A DNA stretch of 64,000 bases from Bacteroidales bacterium (GTDB lineage Bacteria; Bacteroidota; Bacteroidia; Bacteroidales; GWF2-38-335). Below are positions 19,131 to 28,053 of the stretch, in pieces. Where the stretch lies: the NCBI GenBank assembly GCA_016936815.1, contig JAFGXD010000090.1:67833-131832 (forward strand). The letters are read 5' to 3'. Below the pieces are notes generated by a model that was given only the letters and a program-made list of their open reading frames with translations, ran no database searches and had not been told where the DNA came from. The translations under genes were made by a program, and so were the position numbers. Position 1 is the stretch's first letter. The number at the start of each line of letters is the position of its first letter.

Positions 19131-20150
19131 TTAACTTTTTAGTTCGGTTAAAAATGCCAAAGTATCAATTCCGTCGGCATAATCATCAATTTCGGGTTGC
19201 TGTGCTTTTCCGGGTTTTATTGTCTTTAAACCCTCAACTTCCTTGCCCACAACACATTGAAGTTTATCCGAAAGATTGTTTAAATTACCAACTAAGTTAG
19301 TAATTTGTTGGTAATATTCATAATAAACTACGGAAACAGGGCTTGCAAGTTCCACGCTTTCCTTTAACAAACAAAATTCTGTGTCGAGAAATTCCAAACG
19401 ATTGACTAAAAAAATTGACTTATAATAATCGTAATTGTTACAATATTTATAATGGTTTTGAATGTATGAATACTTTGAAATAGCGTTAATCAATGGTTCA
19501 AAATTATATCCATTGGGTAAATAGATTTTTGAAACCGATCTGCATCCTAATCCAAAAAAGAGAAACATATCATCTGCCAATCCCATTAACTCGCTTTCTG
19601 TTTCATTACCGGTAAGAACAGCCACCGAATTTCTATTTCTTCTAATAATACTTGGAACATTTCTGAAGTAATACTCGAAATACCCTGCCGAATTGTTGCT
19701 TCCTGTTGCAATATATGCATCTTTATCTTTGAGCATATTTTCTGAAAGGTCAATATAATCGGTCCAAAGCGGATTAATTTCTATTAAAGCGTTTATTATC
19801 TTTTTGAATAAGAAATCGTCTTTTGAAGATAATTTGGCATGAAAAGCATTTCCCGAAATTAGAACACAAAGAAAATCGTGGAAACCAACAAGAGGAAGGT
19901 TCCCGGCTGTAACAACTCCAATTTTCAGGGGGTTAGCATTCTTTTTAGCCAATGGATATTTGCTCAACCATTTTTCCAAGTTTTTTCTTTCCAGCAAAGC
20001 TGAAATAGATTTAAGTGCATAATCAACATTTTCTTTGGTAAACCATGGGTTCGACTGTTCGCAAAGGTAATAATCGTCAGGTTGGAGAAAATTCTCCATT
20101 CTTTTTCCAAGTTGGCAAAACGAATCTATTCTTTTTTGTAAATCTGGCAT
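19131..20150 (-). CDS. LuxC-like acyl-CoA reductase family protein
   Basis: 339 aa. The N-terminus (RIDSFCQLGKRMENFL...NPWFTKENVDYALKSI...KIGVVTAGNLPLVGFHDFLCVLISGN) matches the about 340-aa acyl-CoA reductase family common in Bacteroidota, as I remember it. Confidence 0.6.
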   Translation of the reverse strand: MPDLQKRIDSFCQLGKRMENFLQPDDYYLCEQSNPWFTKENVDYALKSISALLERKNLEKWLSKYPLAKKNANPLKIGVVTAGNLPLVGFHDFLCVLISGNAFHAKLSSKDDFLFKKIINALIEINPLWTDYIDLSENMLKDKDAYIATGSNNSAGYFEYYFRNVPSIIRRNRNSVAVLTGNETESELMGLADDMFLFFGLGCRSVSKIYLPNGYNFEPLINAISKYSYIQNHYKYCNNYDYYKSIFLVNRLEFLDTEFCLLKESVELASPVSVVYYEYYQQITNLVGNLNNLSDKLQCVVGKEVEGLKTIKPGKAQQPEIDDYADGIDTLAFLTELKS

Positions 20151-20333
20151 AATAGCAAATCTAATTAATTTTTTAATGTTTTTTTCAATGAAGAGTCAAA
20201 TATATATAACAGGGCTATTACAAAAGAACAATAGCCCGTAACCAAATTAACCGGATATATTGCATCAACCGGCTCAAAATGCGATACAGCAACTATTTAT
20301 TATGTGATAAGCTTCCGAATTTAAAATTAAGAA

Positions 20334-21461
20334 TTATTCCATCAAATACTTCCAATAGTTTTCTCTACTGATAATATTAAACTTAAAATTGCTGTAATTG
20401 TTTTGGAAGTCTTTAGGAACATTTATAGTCTTTTTATAACTATACTTACATTCAAATAATTCATAATTACTGTTCAGCTCTTCAACATAGTCAATTTCCT
20501 TCTTTTGATAATTACGCCAAAAGTAAGTTTTCAAATGTTTTTTATAATTATGAATCATTTTTATTCTTTCGGAAACAACAAAGTTTTCCCATAATTGTCC
20601 AATATCATTTCGAAGGTTCAGTGGGTTAAAATTTCTTATTAAGGAATTTCTGATACCACAATCGTAGAAATATATTTTTTGACTTTTTCCAATTTCATTT
20701 CTTGGATTATTACTAAGAGCAGGCAAGCGAAAAATCACATAATTATATTCCAATAACTCAATATATCGCTTAATTGTATTTACATGAACACCGAGTTTAT
20801 TAGATAATTCGTTAAGAGAAACCTCACTGCCAATCTGAAATGCTAATAGTTTTATTAGATTATAAAGCAAATCCGGTTTCTTAAGGTTTTCAAATTGCAG
20901 AATATCTTTAAATAAGTAGTTTGAAGAAATATTATCAAGTTCTTCTATTGCAAAATCTTCGTTATTAGAATAAACTTCAGGATATAGGCCAAAACGGAGA
21001 ATATTATCAAGTTTTGCATTTACAGTTATCAATTCCTCATTTCCAACAGCCTCTTCAAAACTTAATGGAGACATAATAAACTCCCTTGAACGTCCGGTCA
21101 ACGGCTCTCCGGAAACTTGCTTTAAATGAAATGATGATGAGCCGGTAGCAATAAGCTTAATTTCGGGAAATGTATCATGAATAATCTTTAGAATATTCCC
21201 GATGTTTCTTATACTTTGAGCCTCATCAAAAACAATGTATTTGTATTTGCCAATGCTTGCAAACAATAATTCGGAATTACCGGTTTCTAAAGCCTCTTTA
21301 TTTTGGAGCAATTCACAATTAAAATATTTTGAATCGGGTAAGTCTTCAATTATTGATTTTACCAATGTCGTTTTTCCAACTCTTCGTGCCCCCCAAATTA
21401 AAATTACTTTATTTAGTTTACAAGCATCCAAAATTTGCTTTCTTATTGTTCTTTGTATCAT
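20334..21461 (-). CDS. AAA+ ATPase with a C-terminal DUF4143-like domain
   Basis: Start moved to MIQRTIRKQ (cat at 21459-21461 verified). Walker A is GARRVGKTT and Walker B is IVFDEAQ. The C-terminal half (HTH-like LNELSNKLGVHVNTIKRYIELLE, then EIDYVEE) is typical of the AAA_14/DUF4143 family. Confidence 0.8.
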   Translation of the reverse strand: MIQRTIRKQILDACKLNKVILIWGARRVGKTTLVKSIIEDLPDSKYFNCELLQNKEALETGNSELLFASIGKYKYIVFDEAQSIRNIGNILKIIHDTFPEIKLIATGSSSFHLKQVSGEPLTGRSREFIMSPLSFEEAVGNEELITVNAKLDNILRFGLYPEVYSNNEDFAIEELDNISSNYLFKDILQFENLKKPDLLYNLIKLLAFQIGSEVSLNELSNKLGVHVNTIKRYIELLEYNYVIFRLPALSNNPRNEIGKSQKIYFYDCGIRNSLIRNFNPLNLRNDIGQLWENFVVSERIKMIHNYKKHLKTYFWRNYQKKEIDYVEELNSNYELFECKYSYKKTINVPKDFQNNYSNFKFNIISRENYWKYLME

Positions 21462-21507
21462 AAAAACTATTTTTAATATACAAATATAATAAAAAACACA
21501 AGTCCAA

Positions 21508-21558
21508 CTGCACAAATTTTAATAAATATATGCAGTTAGCTGCATAAATTTTAATAAA
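21508..21558. repeat. 19-nt direct repeat (CTGCAcAAATTTTAATAAA / CTGCAtAAATTTTAATAAA, 32-nt period) flanking a short palindrome TGCAG-TTAG-CTGCA
   Basis: Read directly at 21508-21526 and 21540-21558, with the palindrome at 21531-21544. It lies just upstream of a TATATTTG -7 box (minus strand, 21481-21488) for the ATPase gene. Confidence 0.6.
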
Positions 21559-21610
21559 AGCTACGAAAAAGTGGTTTGAAGCCCACTTCTGTATGAGTTT
21601 TTATTATCTT

Positions 21611-22381
21611 CTAACATGTATGTTCTAATTCAATTAGTAATTTCCCATTCATCCTCCACCTTACCCAACCTTCATAATACTTGTTGTCTGAACAAGTTTC
21701 ACATATTGAATCACAAGAAACATATAGCCAATCTCCTTCTATCTTTCGACACACAAACCCATTTTTCGAATAGTCAAGATTGATGGCGTCAGATTTATTG
21801 TTTGGTAACTTCCTTAAAGGGTTAGAAGATTTTGTGCCAATAAAAGAATTCATCAGGAGATTTTCCCAACTTTCGACTAAAGTAATATTTTCTTTTTTGT
21901 TTATTAAAACAACCTCATTACCAAAAAGTACTCGAAATTTTCCTGAATTGAATGAAACTAAATCAAAAATAATAATGAAATAATCAGGATCATAAGCTCT
22001 TATAGAGATAGATTTAGACTTTACTAATGCATTTGTCTCTTCTCCATCAGAAGCAATATAATCCAAAATTTTTCCTTCCAAATCATATAAATAAATGGTA
22101 TCCAAAATTGGTTCCATTAAGTCCGTCCTTATCTTCAAAACTCCGTTTGAGTATATTGAATCAGAAGGTTTAATGATTATTTGTTCCAATAAGTCCGACT
22201 CAAACCTAACAAGTCTTTTTGAAAATGTTGAATCAAAAAGCTCAATATTTTCATTCGATGGAACAACTTCAACCGAATTGTCTTTTTGTGAAGTTGAAGA
22301 TTTCACCTCTTGCTTTTGGTTTCCACAACCAAGAAATATTACTATTGAGAAAATGATTGTAATTATTCTATTCATTGTCAC
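21611..22381 (-). CDS. Hypothetical lipoprotein
   Basis: 256 aa with signal peptide plus lipobox (IFLGCG). The C-terminus is Cys-rich (CDSICETCSDNKYYEGWVRW). No family recognised. Confidence 0.6.
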   Translation of the reverse strand: MTMNRIITIIFSIVIFLGCGNQKQEVKSSTSQKDNSVEVVPSNENIELFDSTFSKRLVRFESDLLEQIIIKPSDSIYSNGVLKIRTDLMEPILDTIYLYDLEGKILDYIASDGEETNALVKSKSISIRAYDPDYFIIIFDLVSFNSGKFRVLFGNEVVLINKKENITLVESWENLLMNSFIGTKSSNPLRKLPNNKSDAINLDYSKNGFVCRKIEGDWLYVSCDSICETCSDNKYYEGWVRWRMNGKLLIELEHTC

Positions 22382-22530
22382 AGCCTTTTTATGGTGCTAT
22401 TAGTCATTCTGGCAAATTATTGGGTTTAAAGATAATAATTTTTCATTTTCTCCTTACTTTTTTCAAAATTCTTTTGAAATACGATCGGTTGAAAGCAATG
22501 GCTATGATTGGAAATATAATACTCTGAAAA

Positions 22531-23115
22531 CTAATTTCTTATAATCTTAATTTCCGAATTCAAGCCGATTTTTACTATTGAAGAAGCTTTTGCAATGGAT
22601 GTTTCTTCCCGACCATAATCAACTGTATAATCAACAGCATCAATAATTTTCTGTGATATTTCTGAAAAATTTCCGGGAGATTTTTCTCCTGTAAAATTTG
22701 CTGAGGTTGAAACAATGGGCTTGTTAAATTTCCTGATTAAAGATTTTGAAAATTCTTCATTGGTTATTCTAACACCTATGCTGCCATCTTCAGCAAGTAA
22801 ATCGCTGCAAAGATTAATAGCCCCTGGAAGAATAATAGTAATGGGACTTGTACTCAATTCAAAGATTTCAATAGCCATTTCAGGAATTTCTCTAATGTAT
22901 TTCCCCAGTTTCAGGCTGTCGTCGAGCAAAATCAACATAGATTTTCCCACTTCTCTTCCTTTAATAGAAAATATTTTCTTCACAGCCTCAGGATTTGTAG
23001 CGTCGCATCCTATTCCCCAAATTGTATCGGTAGGATAAAGAATTACTCCTCCTTTCCTTAATACTTCTACTGCTTTTGTAATTTCTAGATCCATGTTTTC
23101 ATTTATGTGCTGCAT
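22531..23115 (-). CDS. tsaC: L-threonylcarbamoyladenylate synthase (YrdC/TsaC family)
   Basis: 194 aa. GGVILYPTDTIWGIGCDATN, KIFSIKGREVGKSMLILL, VSTSANFTG. Confidence 0.88.
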   Translation of the reverse strand: MQHINENMDLEITKAVEVLRKGGVILYPTDTIWGIGCDATNPEAVKKIFSIKGREVGKSMLILLDDSLKLGKYIREIPEMAIEIFELSTSPITIILPGAINLCSDLLAEDGSIGVRITNEEFSKSLIRKFNKPIVSTSANFTGEKSPGNFSEISQKIIDAVDYTVDYGREETSIAKASSIVKIGLNSEIKIIRN

Positions 23116-23116
23116 C

Positions 23117-24250
23117 CTACCTTTTTATCAGCAACTGCTCATAAACCTTAATAAGATTATTAGTAACGTTTTTGTTATTAAACCTTTGAACATATTCTAA
23201 ACCCTTTGCGCTCATTTGTTCACCAAGATTTTTATCCTCAATAACTTTAATAATTGCATCAGCCAATTCTTCGGTATTTTGCGATTCAACATAAATACTG
23301 TCGGGGCCGCCGGCTTCACTAAAACAACCTCCTTTTGAAGTAATAACCGGTGTTCCCGAATATAATGCCTCAATTATTGGCAAACCAAATCCTTCGAATG
23401 TTGATGGATAAACACAAACAAGGGCTGATTGGTAAAGCAAAGGTAAATCGGTATTTGTAACATTGTGTAAAAGTGTTATTTGCTCTCCTAATTTATGCTC
23501 GTTGATGTAAGCCTTTATTTTTTCGGCATAATAGGTTGAGCGACCAACAATAACCAATGGCATTGATATTTTATTCTGATGAATTGCCTTCACAATCTCC
23601 CATGCATTCTTGCGTGACTCAATAGTTCCAACGTTTAGTATAAACTCTTTGGGAAGATTATATTTGGCTCTTACCTGCATTAATTCTTCCTCTCCGGCTT
23701 TCTTCTTGAAAGAATCATTACAGGTTTGATAAACGACTTCAATTTTCTCGGGAAAAATATCATAAAAGTCTATTATATCCGACTTAGTTTGTTCAGATAT
23801 TGCAATAATTTTATCGGCTTTAATACAAGCATTTTTAAATTTCAAATCGTAAATCTTTCTGTCTATTGGCTTATACCAGTTAGGAAAACGTTTAAAAATT
23901 AAGTCGTGAATTGTAACAACTGTTTTTGTCTTTTCTCCCACATTAACAGGTAATTCGTTGCTTAAACCATGAAAAATGTCGAGTTCCTTACTATTAATTT
24001 CTTTGCTTACAGAAACCGATCTCCAACGAGATTTAAGCAGTTTATCTAATGCCCTTGAAGGCTCTATTACTTCAATTTTTGCCTTAAATTCATTTGACTT
24101 TATATCAAATATCTCAGGGTTAAGTTTTGTAGTGAATAAATAAATAGAATAATCCTCAATTTGAGCTAAAGCACGAATAACATCCCGACTATAGTTTCCT
24201 AAACCACTACTATTATTAAACGCTCTCTTTGCATCAAATCCTATTTTCAT
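23117..24250 (-). CDS. Glycosyltransferase, family 4 (GT-B fold)
   Basis: 377 aa. The C-terminal motif YPSTFEGFGLPIIEALYSGTPVITSKGGCFSEAGG contains the E-x7-E region. Confidence 0.85.
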   Translation of the reverse strand: MKIGFDAKRAFNNSSGLGNYSRDVIRALAQIEDYSIYLFTTKLNPEIFDIKSNEFKAKIEVIEPSRALDKLLKSRWRSVSVSKEINSKELDIFHGLSNELPVNVGEKTKTVVTIHDLIFKRFPNWYKPIDRKIYDLKFKNACIKADKIIAISEQTKSDIIDFYDIFPEKIEVVYQTCNDSFKKKAGEEELMQVRAKYNLPKEFILNVGTIESRKNAWEIVKAIHQNKISMPLVIVGRSTYYAEKIKAYINEHKLGEQITLLHNVTNTDLPLLYQSALVCVYPSTFEGFGLPIIEALYSGTPVITSKGGCFSEAGGPDSIYVESQNTEELADAIIKVIEDKNLGEQMSAKGLEYVQRFNNKNVTNNLIKVYEQLLIKR

Positions 24251-24256
24251 AATTTT

Positions 24257-24973
24257 TTAATCTCTGCTACCCATAAATAGCATAATAAAATAGAGTAGAG
24301 TAGCAAGAGCTGAAAGAGCTGCAACCACGTAAGTATAAGCTGCCCAACGTAAAGCATCTTTCGATTGAGAGTGCGTTCTGCTATCGGTTACACCTGCATT
24401 TTTTATCCATACAAGAGCTCTTTGGCTGGCATTTATTTCAACCGGAAGAGTTACAAATGCAAAAAGAGTGAAAATTCCATAACAAGCAATAATTATTGCC
24501 AAAGCAGTATCCCAGTTCATAAATGCCGGTAATGCACCTGCAAAAATAAACATACCAATAAAAATTACATTTATTATAGTGGAAGAAATATTCTGAACAG
24601 GCACCATAGCAGAACGAAACTCAAGCCATGAATAAGCATTTGCATGCTGAATAGCGTGACCACATTCGTGAGCAGCCACAGCAGCCGCAGCAACACTTCT
24701 GCCGCTATAAACGTCTTTGCTCAAATTTACCGTCTTATTGCGAGGATTATAATGATCCGATAAAGTTCCTGCAACTGAAACAACCCTAACATCGTAAATG
24801 CCGTGGTCATGAAGCATTTTTTCAGCAACTTCTTTTCCCGACATGCCATTAGCAGTAGCTATTTTAGAATATCTTTTGAAACGAGATTTTAGCTGCCCAC
24901 CAACAATCAGACTAAGTACCAGAAATACCAGAAAAATTATCAGATATCCTGGAGAAATTACAATTCCATTCAT
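24257..24973 (-). CDS. Membrane zinc metallopeptidase (Zn_peptidase_2 / YpfJ-unrelated neutral zinc peptidase family)
   Basis: 238 aa with an N-terminal TM segment, an HECGHAIQH (HExxH) motif and C-terminal TM helices. Confidence 0.8.
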   Translation of the reverse strand: MNGIVISPGYLIIFLVFLVLSLIVGGQLKSRFKRYSKIATANGMSGKEVAEKMLHDHGIYDVRVVSVAGTLSDHYNPRNKTVNLSKDVYSGRSVAAAAVAAHECGHAIQHANAYSWLEFRSAMVPVQNISSTIINVIFIGMFIFAGALPAFMNWDTALAIIIACYGIFTLFAFVTLPVEINASQRALVWIKNAGVTDSRTHSQSKDALRWAAYTYVVAALSALATLLYFIMLFMGSRD

Positions 24974-25098
24974 TTTCTTAAAAATTTAGTTACAAAAATC
25001 AATATGCAAATTTATATCCAAACATAGCATATTTCCAAATTTCGGCAAAATTGTCGCATTTGTCTTAAGTATAATTAACAAAGAGGAAAAAATGTCAT

Positions 25099-25452
25099 TT
25101 ATAGCATTGGATTAATAACTTCTGTACTATCAGTAATTGTAATAGTAATATTACCCTCCAAATCAATTTTAAATTTTTCTTTGGTTTTAAGAAAAACCTT
25201 GTTTCCATTGGCTTCCATATAAAATTCAATTACATTTTCCATTGGAAAATCATTTTTATCCTCAACCCTAATTGTTGTAGTGCTTGATTCTCCGGGAATT
25301 AAATAGCCTGAAAGGTAAAAATCTCCATATTTAATTCCTGATATTTGCACATTATGCACTTTGTTTTCAACAGTTATTTGCGCCTCATAATCTTTGCAAG
25401 AGATAAATCCAAAAATGGAGATTATAAAAATTGATATAAGTATTTTTTTCAT
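25099..25452 (-). CDS. Hypothetical small lipoprotein
   Basis: 117 aa with signal peptide plus lipobox (GFISC). No recognisable family. Confidence 0.55.
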   Translation of the reverse strand: MKKILISIFIISIFGFISCKDYEAQITVENKVHNVQISGIKYGDFYLSGYLIPGESSTTTIRVEDKNDFPMENVIEFYMEANGNKVFLKTKEKFKIDLEGNITITITDSTEVINPML

Positions 25453-25463
25453 GATAATAGAAT

Positions 25464-26048
25464 TTAATTGTTAACCGGAATATTGAAAGTGCCTATATAT
25501 GTACTAATTGCACCATCCTCAACTTCAAAAGGTATTGTAATATGAGGATAAACACTTATTGTATCAGAATTTGCATCGGTAAACTTAAGAGATTCTATTC
25601 TACAGAGATAGGTTCCCGGTTCAATAACGCTAAAATCCAGAAGCAAATTGGCATACTCGCCGGCAAGAGTAAGTGTGTCGTTTTCGGGAATAAATTTTGC
25701 AACCAACGGATAATTAATTGACTGATTACTAAGTATTAAATTTCCGCTTATATAATAATTTACTGTAGAAGTATCAATAGTTGAAGTACTAAACTTACCC
25801 CAAAGATTGTCGTTTACTGTAAAAACGATTTCATTTATCTGTGGACTAACCACATATTTTTCTCCCGTACCATCATCACTTGTTAAATTAATAATGCAAA
25901 GAATTTCCCTAAAATCTGCTTTGTTATTTGCAGAATAAATAGTTGATTCGTTGTAATAGGTTGGATTAGAATACAAACCTTCGTTTTCGCTGCAATTGTG
26001 GAGCAAAAAGCTAGAAAGTGCTAAGAATACAATTATTAGTTTTTTCAT
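25464..26048 (-). CDS. Hypothetical lipoprotein
   Basis: 194 aa with signal peptide plus Cys (LLHNC). No recognisable family. Confidence 0.55.
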   Translation of the reverse strand: MKKLIIVFLALSSFLLHNCSENEGLYSNPTYYNESTIYSANNKADFREILCIINLTSDDGTGEKYVVSPQINEIVFTVNDNLWGKFSTSTIDTSTVNYYISGNLILSNQSINYPLVAKFIPENDTLTLAGEYANLLLDFSVIEPGTYLCRIESLKFTDANSDTISVYPHITIPFEVEDGAISTYIGTFNIPVNN

Positions 26049-26074
26049 GTTTTTTATAATTTTAAATCGGTTTA

Positions 26075-27376
26075 TTATGGTTCGAAATCTTCATAAAGAA
26101 GGTATTTTTTTCGTATTTGCTTAAATTTTTCTAAATCGGGTTGCCATGATTTTCTTATTTCTTCGTAATTTTTCCCTTCAATAATTTGCTTTTTTAAAGA
26201 TTTATTGCCGGCAAGTAAATCGAACATATTATTTTTAAGAAAAAATTTAGATTTGTCCGGAAAAATTGAATATGCATAAATAAAATAATTCAGGTTTAGT
26301 TTAGGTAAAGAATCGAATTGCTCTTCCTTAATTCTAAAATCGAAACCAAAACATTCTTCACCATTGAGTAATGGATTTTTTGCTCCTTCATTTGGTTTGG
26401 GAATAAAGCTAAAATTAATTCCCTCAACTTTTTTTAGTAAAGGATGCCCAACAACCTGAAACTGCATATTGGTTCCTCTTCCAACACTTAAGTTTGTGCC
26501 TTCGAAGAAGCAAATTGAGGGATAAAGTTCAACAGATCTATCGTTTGGTAGATTTGGAGAGGGCTTAACAGGAAGAGAATAATTGAATTTATGAGTATAA
26601 TTTTCGCAAGTAATTACTTGCAAATCACAAAGCAATTCATTTTTCAGCCATTTTTCTCCGTTAATCATTTGGGCATATTCTCCAACAGTCATTCCGTGTA
26701 CAACAGGTACAGGATGCATTCCAATAAAAGATTTCAGGGCCGGTTCCAAAACAGGACCATCAACATAATATCCGTTTGGATTAGGTCGGTCGAGTATAAT
26801 AAGCTTAACGTTATTTTCAGCGCAAGCTTCCATAATATAGTGCATTGTAGAGATATAAGTGTAAAATCTAGCTCCAACGTCTTGTAAATCGAAAATTATT
26901 ATTTCAATATTTTTTAATTCATCATTGCTTGGTTTTTTATTGTTTCCATAAAGCGAAACAATTGGCAGTCCTGTTTTTGTATCCATTGTGTTATTAATAA
27001 CCTCACCGGCATCAGCATTACCTCTAAAACCATGTTCGGGACAGAAAATTTTTTTTATCTTCATTTCTAAAGCAAAGAGGCTATCTACTAGATGACAATT
27101 TTCAATCATTGAGGTTTGATTTGCAACAACAGCAACATTTTTATTCTTAAGAATTGGAAAATAAATATGAGTTCTTTGTGCACCTACAATAATTTTTTTG
27201 TTCTGAATTTGCTCAGGAATCGAATCTTTTATAATTACTTGATTTTCTATTTTTTTAGCATCAGAGGAATTGCAAGAGATAAAACCAAATAGACAGGCAA
27301 AAATAATAAAAGTTGATTTTTTATTTAAGAATGCCATTTTATTTATGGAACTAACGAGAGTTTTAATTTCTGTCAT
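26075..27376 (-). CDS. namZ: DUF1343 family protein (exo-beta-N-acetylmuramidase NamZ-like)
   Basis: 433 aa with lipobox (GFISC). GAQRTHIYFPILKNKNVAVVANQTS, FCPEHGFRGNADAGE, IIIFDLQDVGARFYTYISTM and ILDRPNPNG are characteristic DUF1343 blocks. The start may instead be Met14 at 27337. Confidence 0.8.
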   Translation of the reverse strand: MTEIKTLVSSINKMAFLNKKSTFIIFACLFGFISCNSSDAKKIENQVIIKDSIPEQIQNKKIIVGAQRTHIYFPILKNKNVAVVANQTSMIENCHLVDSLFALEMKIKKIFCPEHGFRGNADAGEVINNTMDTKTGLPIVSLYGNNKKPSNDELKNIEIIIFDLQDVGARFYTYISTMHYIMEACAENNVKLIILDRPNPNGYYVDGPVLEPALKSFIGMHPVPVVHGMTVGEYAQMINGEKWLKNELLCDLQVITCENYTHKFNYSLPVKPSPNLPNDRSVELYPSICFFEGTNLSVGRGTNMQFQVVGHPLLKKVEGINFSFIPKPNEGAKNPLLNGEECFGFDFRIKEEQFDSLPKLNLNYFIYAYSIFPDKSKFFLKNNMFDLLAGNKSLKKQIIEGKNYEEIRKSWQPDLEKFKQIRKKYLLYEDFEP

Positions 27377-27404
27377 AATTCAATAACATTTGTTTATTTT
27401 TAGG

Positions 27405-28052
27405 TTAAAGGTAAAGAGAATCCTTGAAAAAATAGAACAAACAAATAGCAACAAAAACACCTACAACATATCCAAGATATACTTGCAAAGGGCTATGAGC
27501 ATTAAGTTTGAGTCTTGAATAGGCTGTAAAACCGGCTATTAAAATAAGAATAACAATAACCAACTGTAAATTAGCATTTGAATATAACATTAGGCTATAA
27601 ACAGATCCTGTAAGTCCTCCTATTCCAATCATGTGCATGCTAACTTTTGTTAAAAAATTAATTCCCAGACCAATAAGAACAGAAGTTCCGGCGGTAAACA
27701 TAAAGGTTTTATAAACTAAAGGAGCCTGTAACCTAAACAATACATACCACGCAAAAAAGTAAAAAATGGCAAAAAGAAACAAAGGACTTAACCTTTCTTT
27801 TGATGTTTTTATTTCAATACTGGTAATAATTTTCTGGTGTAGCATCATAGGAATAAAAGCAGAGGGAAGCAAAATTGTTGAAATAGCTGTAATAATAATT
27901 AGATATAATTCACCATCCTCTGTTAAATGTAGGCGATCTCCAAAATAAGTATTGATAATATAAATGCCAATTGTTGGAGCAAGCATTGGGTGAAAAATCC
28001 AGGAAATTGCTTTAGCAAAATAATACTCTTTAGATTTTTTCATTTCCATCAT
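27405..28052 (-). CDS. Integral membrane protein, PAP2-superfamily-like
   Basis: About 6 TM helices. SMHMIG and YSRLKLNAHSPLQV resemble PAP2 motifs C2 and C3 (PSGH / SRxxxxxHxxxD), but the final Asp is replaced. The start is ambiguous (28052, 28049 or 28043); I chose one that avoids overlap with rpoN. Confidence 0.5.
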   Translation of the reverse strand: MMEMKKSKEYYFAKAISWIFHPMLAPTIGIYIINTYFGDRLHLTEDGELYLIIITAISTILLPSAFIPMMLHQKIITSIEIKTSKERLSPLFLFAIFYFFAWYVLFRLQAPLVYKTFMFTAGTSVLIGLGINFLTKVSMHMIGIGGLTGSVYSLMLYSNANLQLVIVILILIAGFTAYSRLKLNAHSPLQVYLGYVVGVFVAICLFYFFKDSLYL

Positions 28053-28053
28053 C

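Noticed and set aside
20212-20237. Hairpin GGGCTATT-N10-AATAGCCC downstream of the AAA ATPase gene, considered as a terminator
   Set aside because: The 8-bp stem is real, but the loop is 10 nt and there is no clear T tract on the minus strand. It is too weak to list as a feature.
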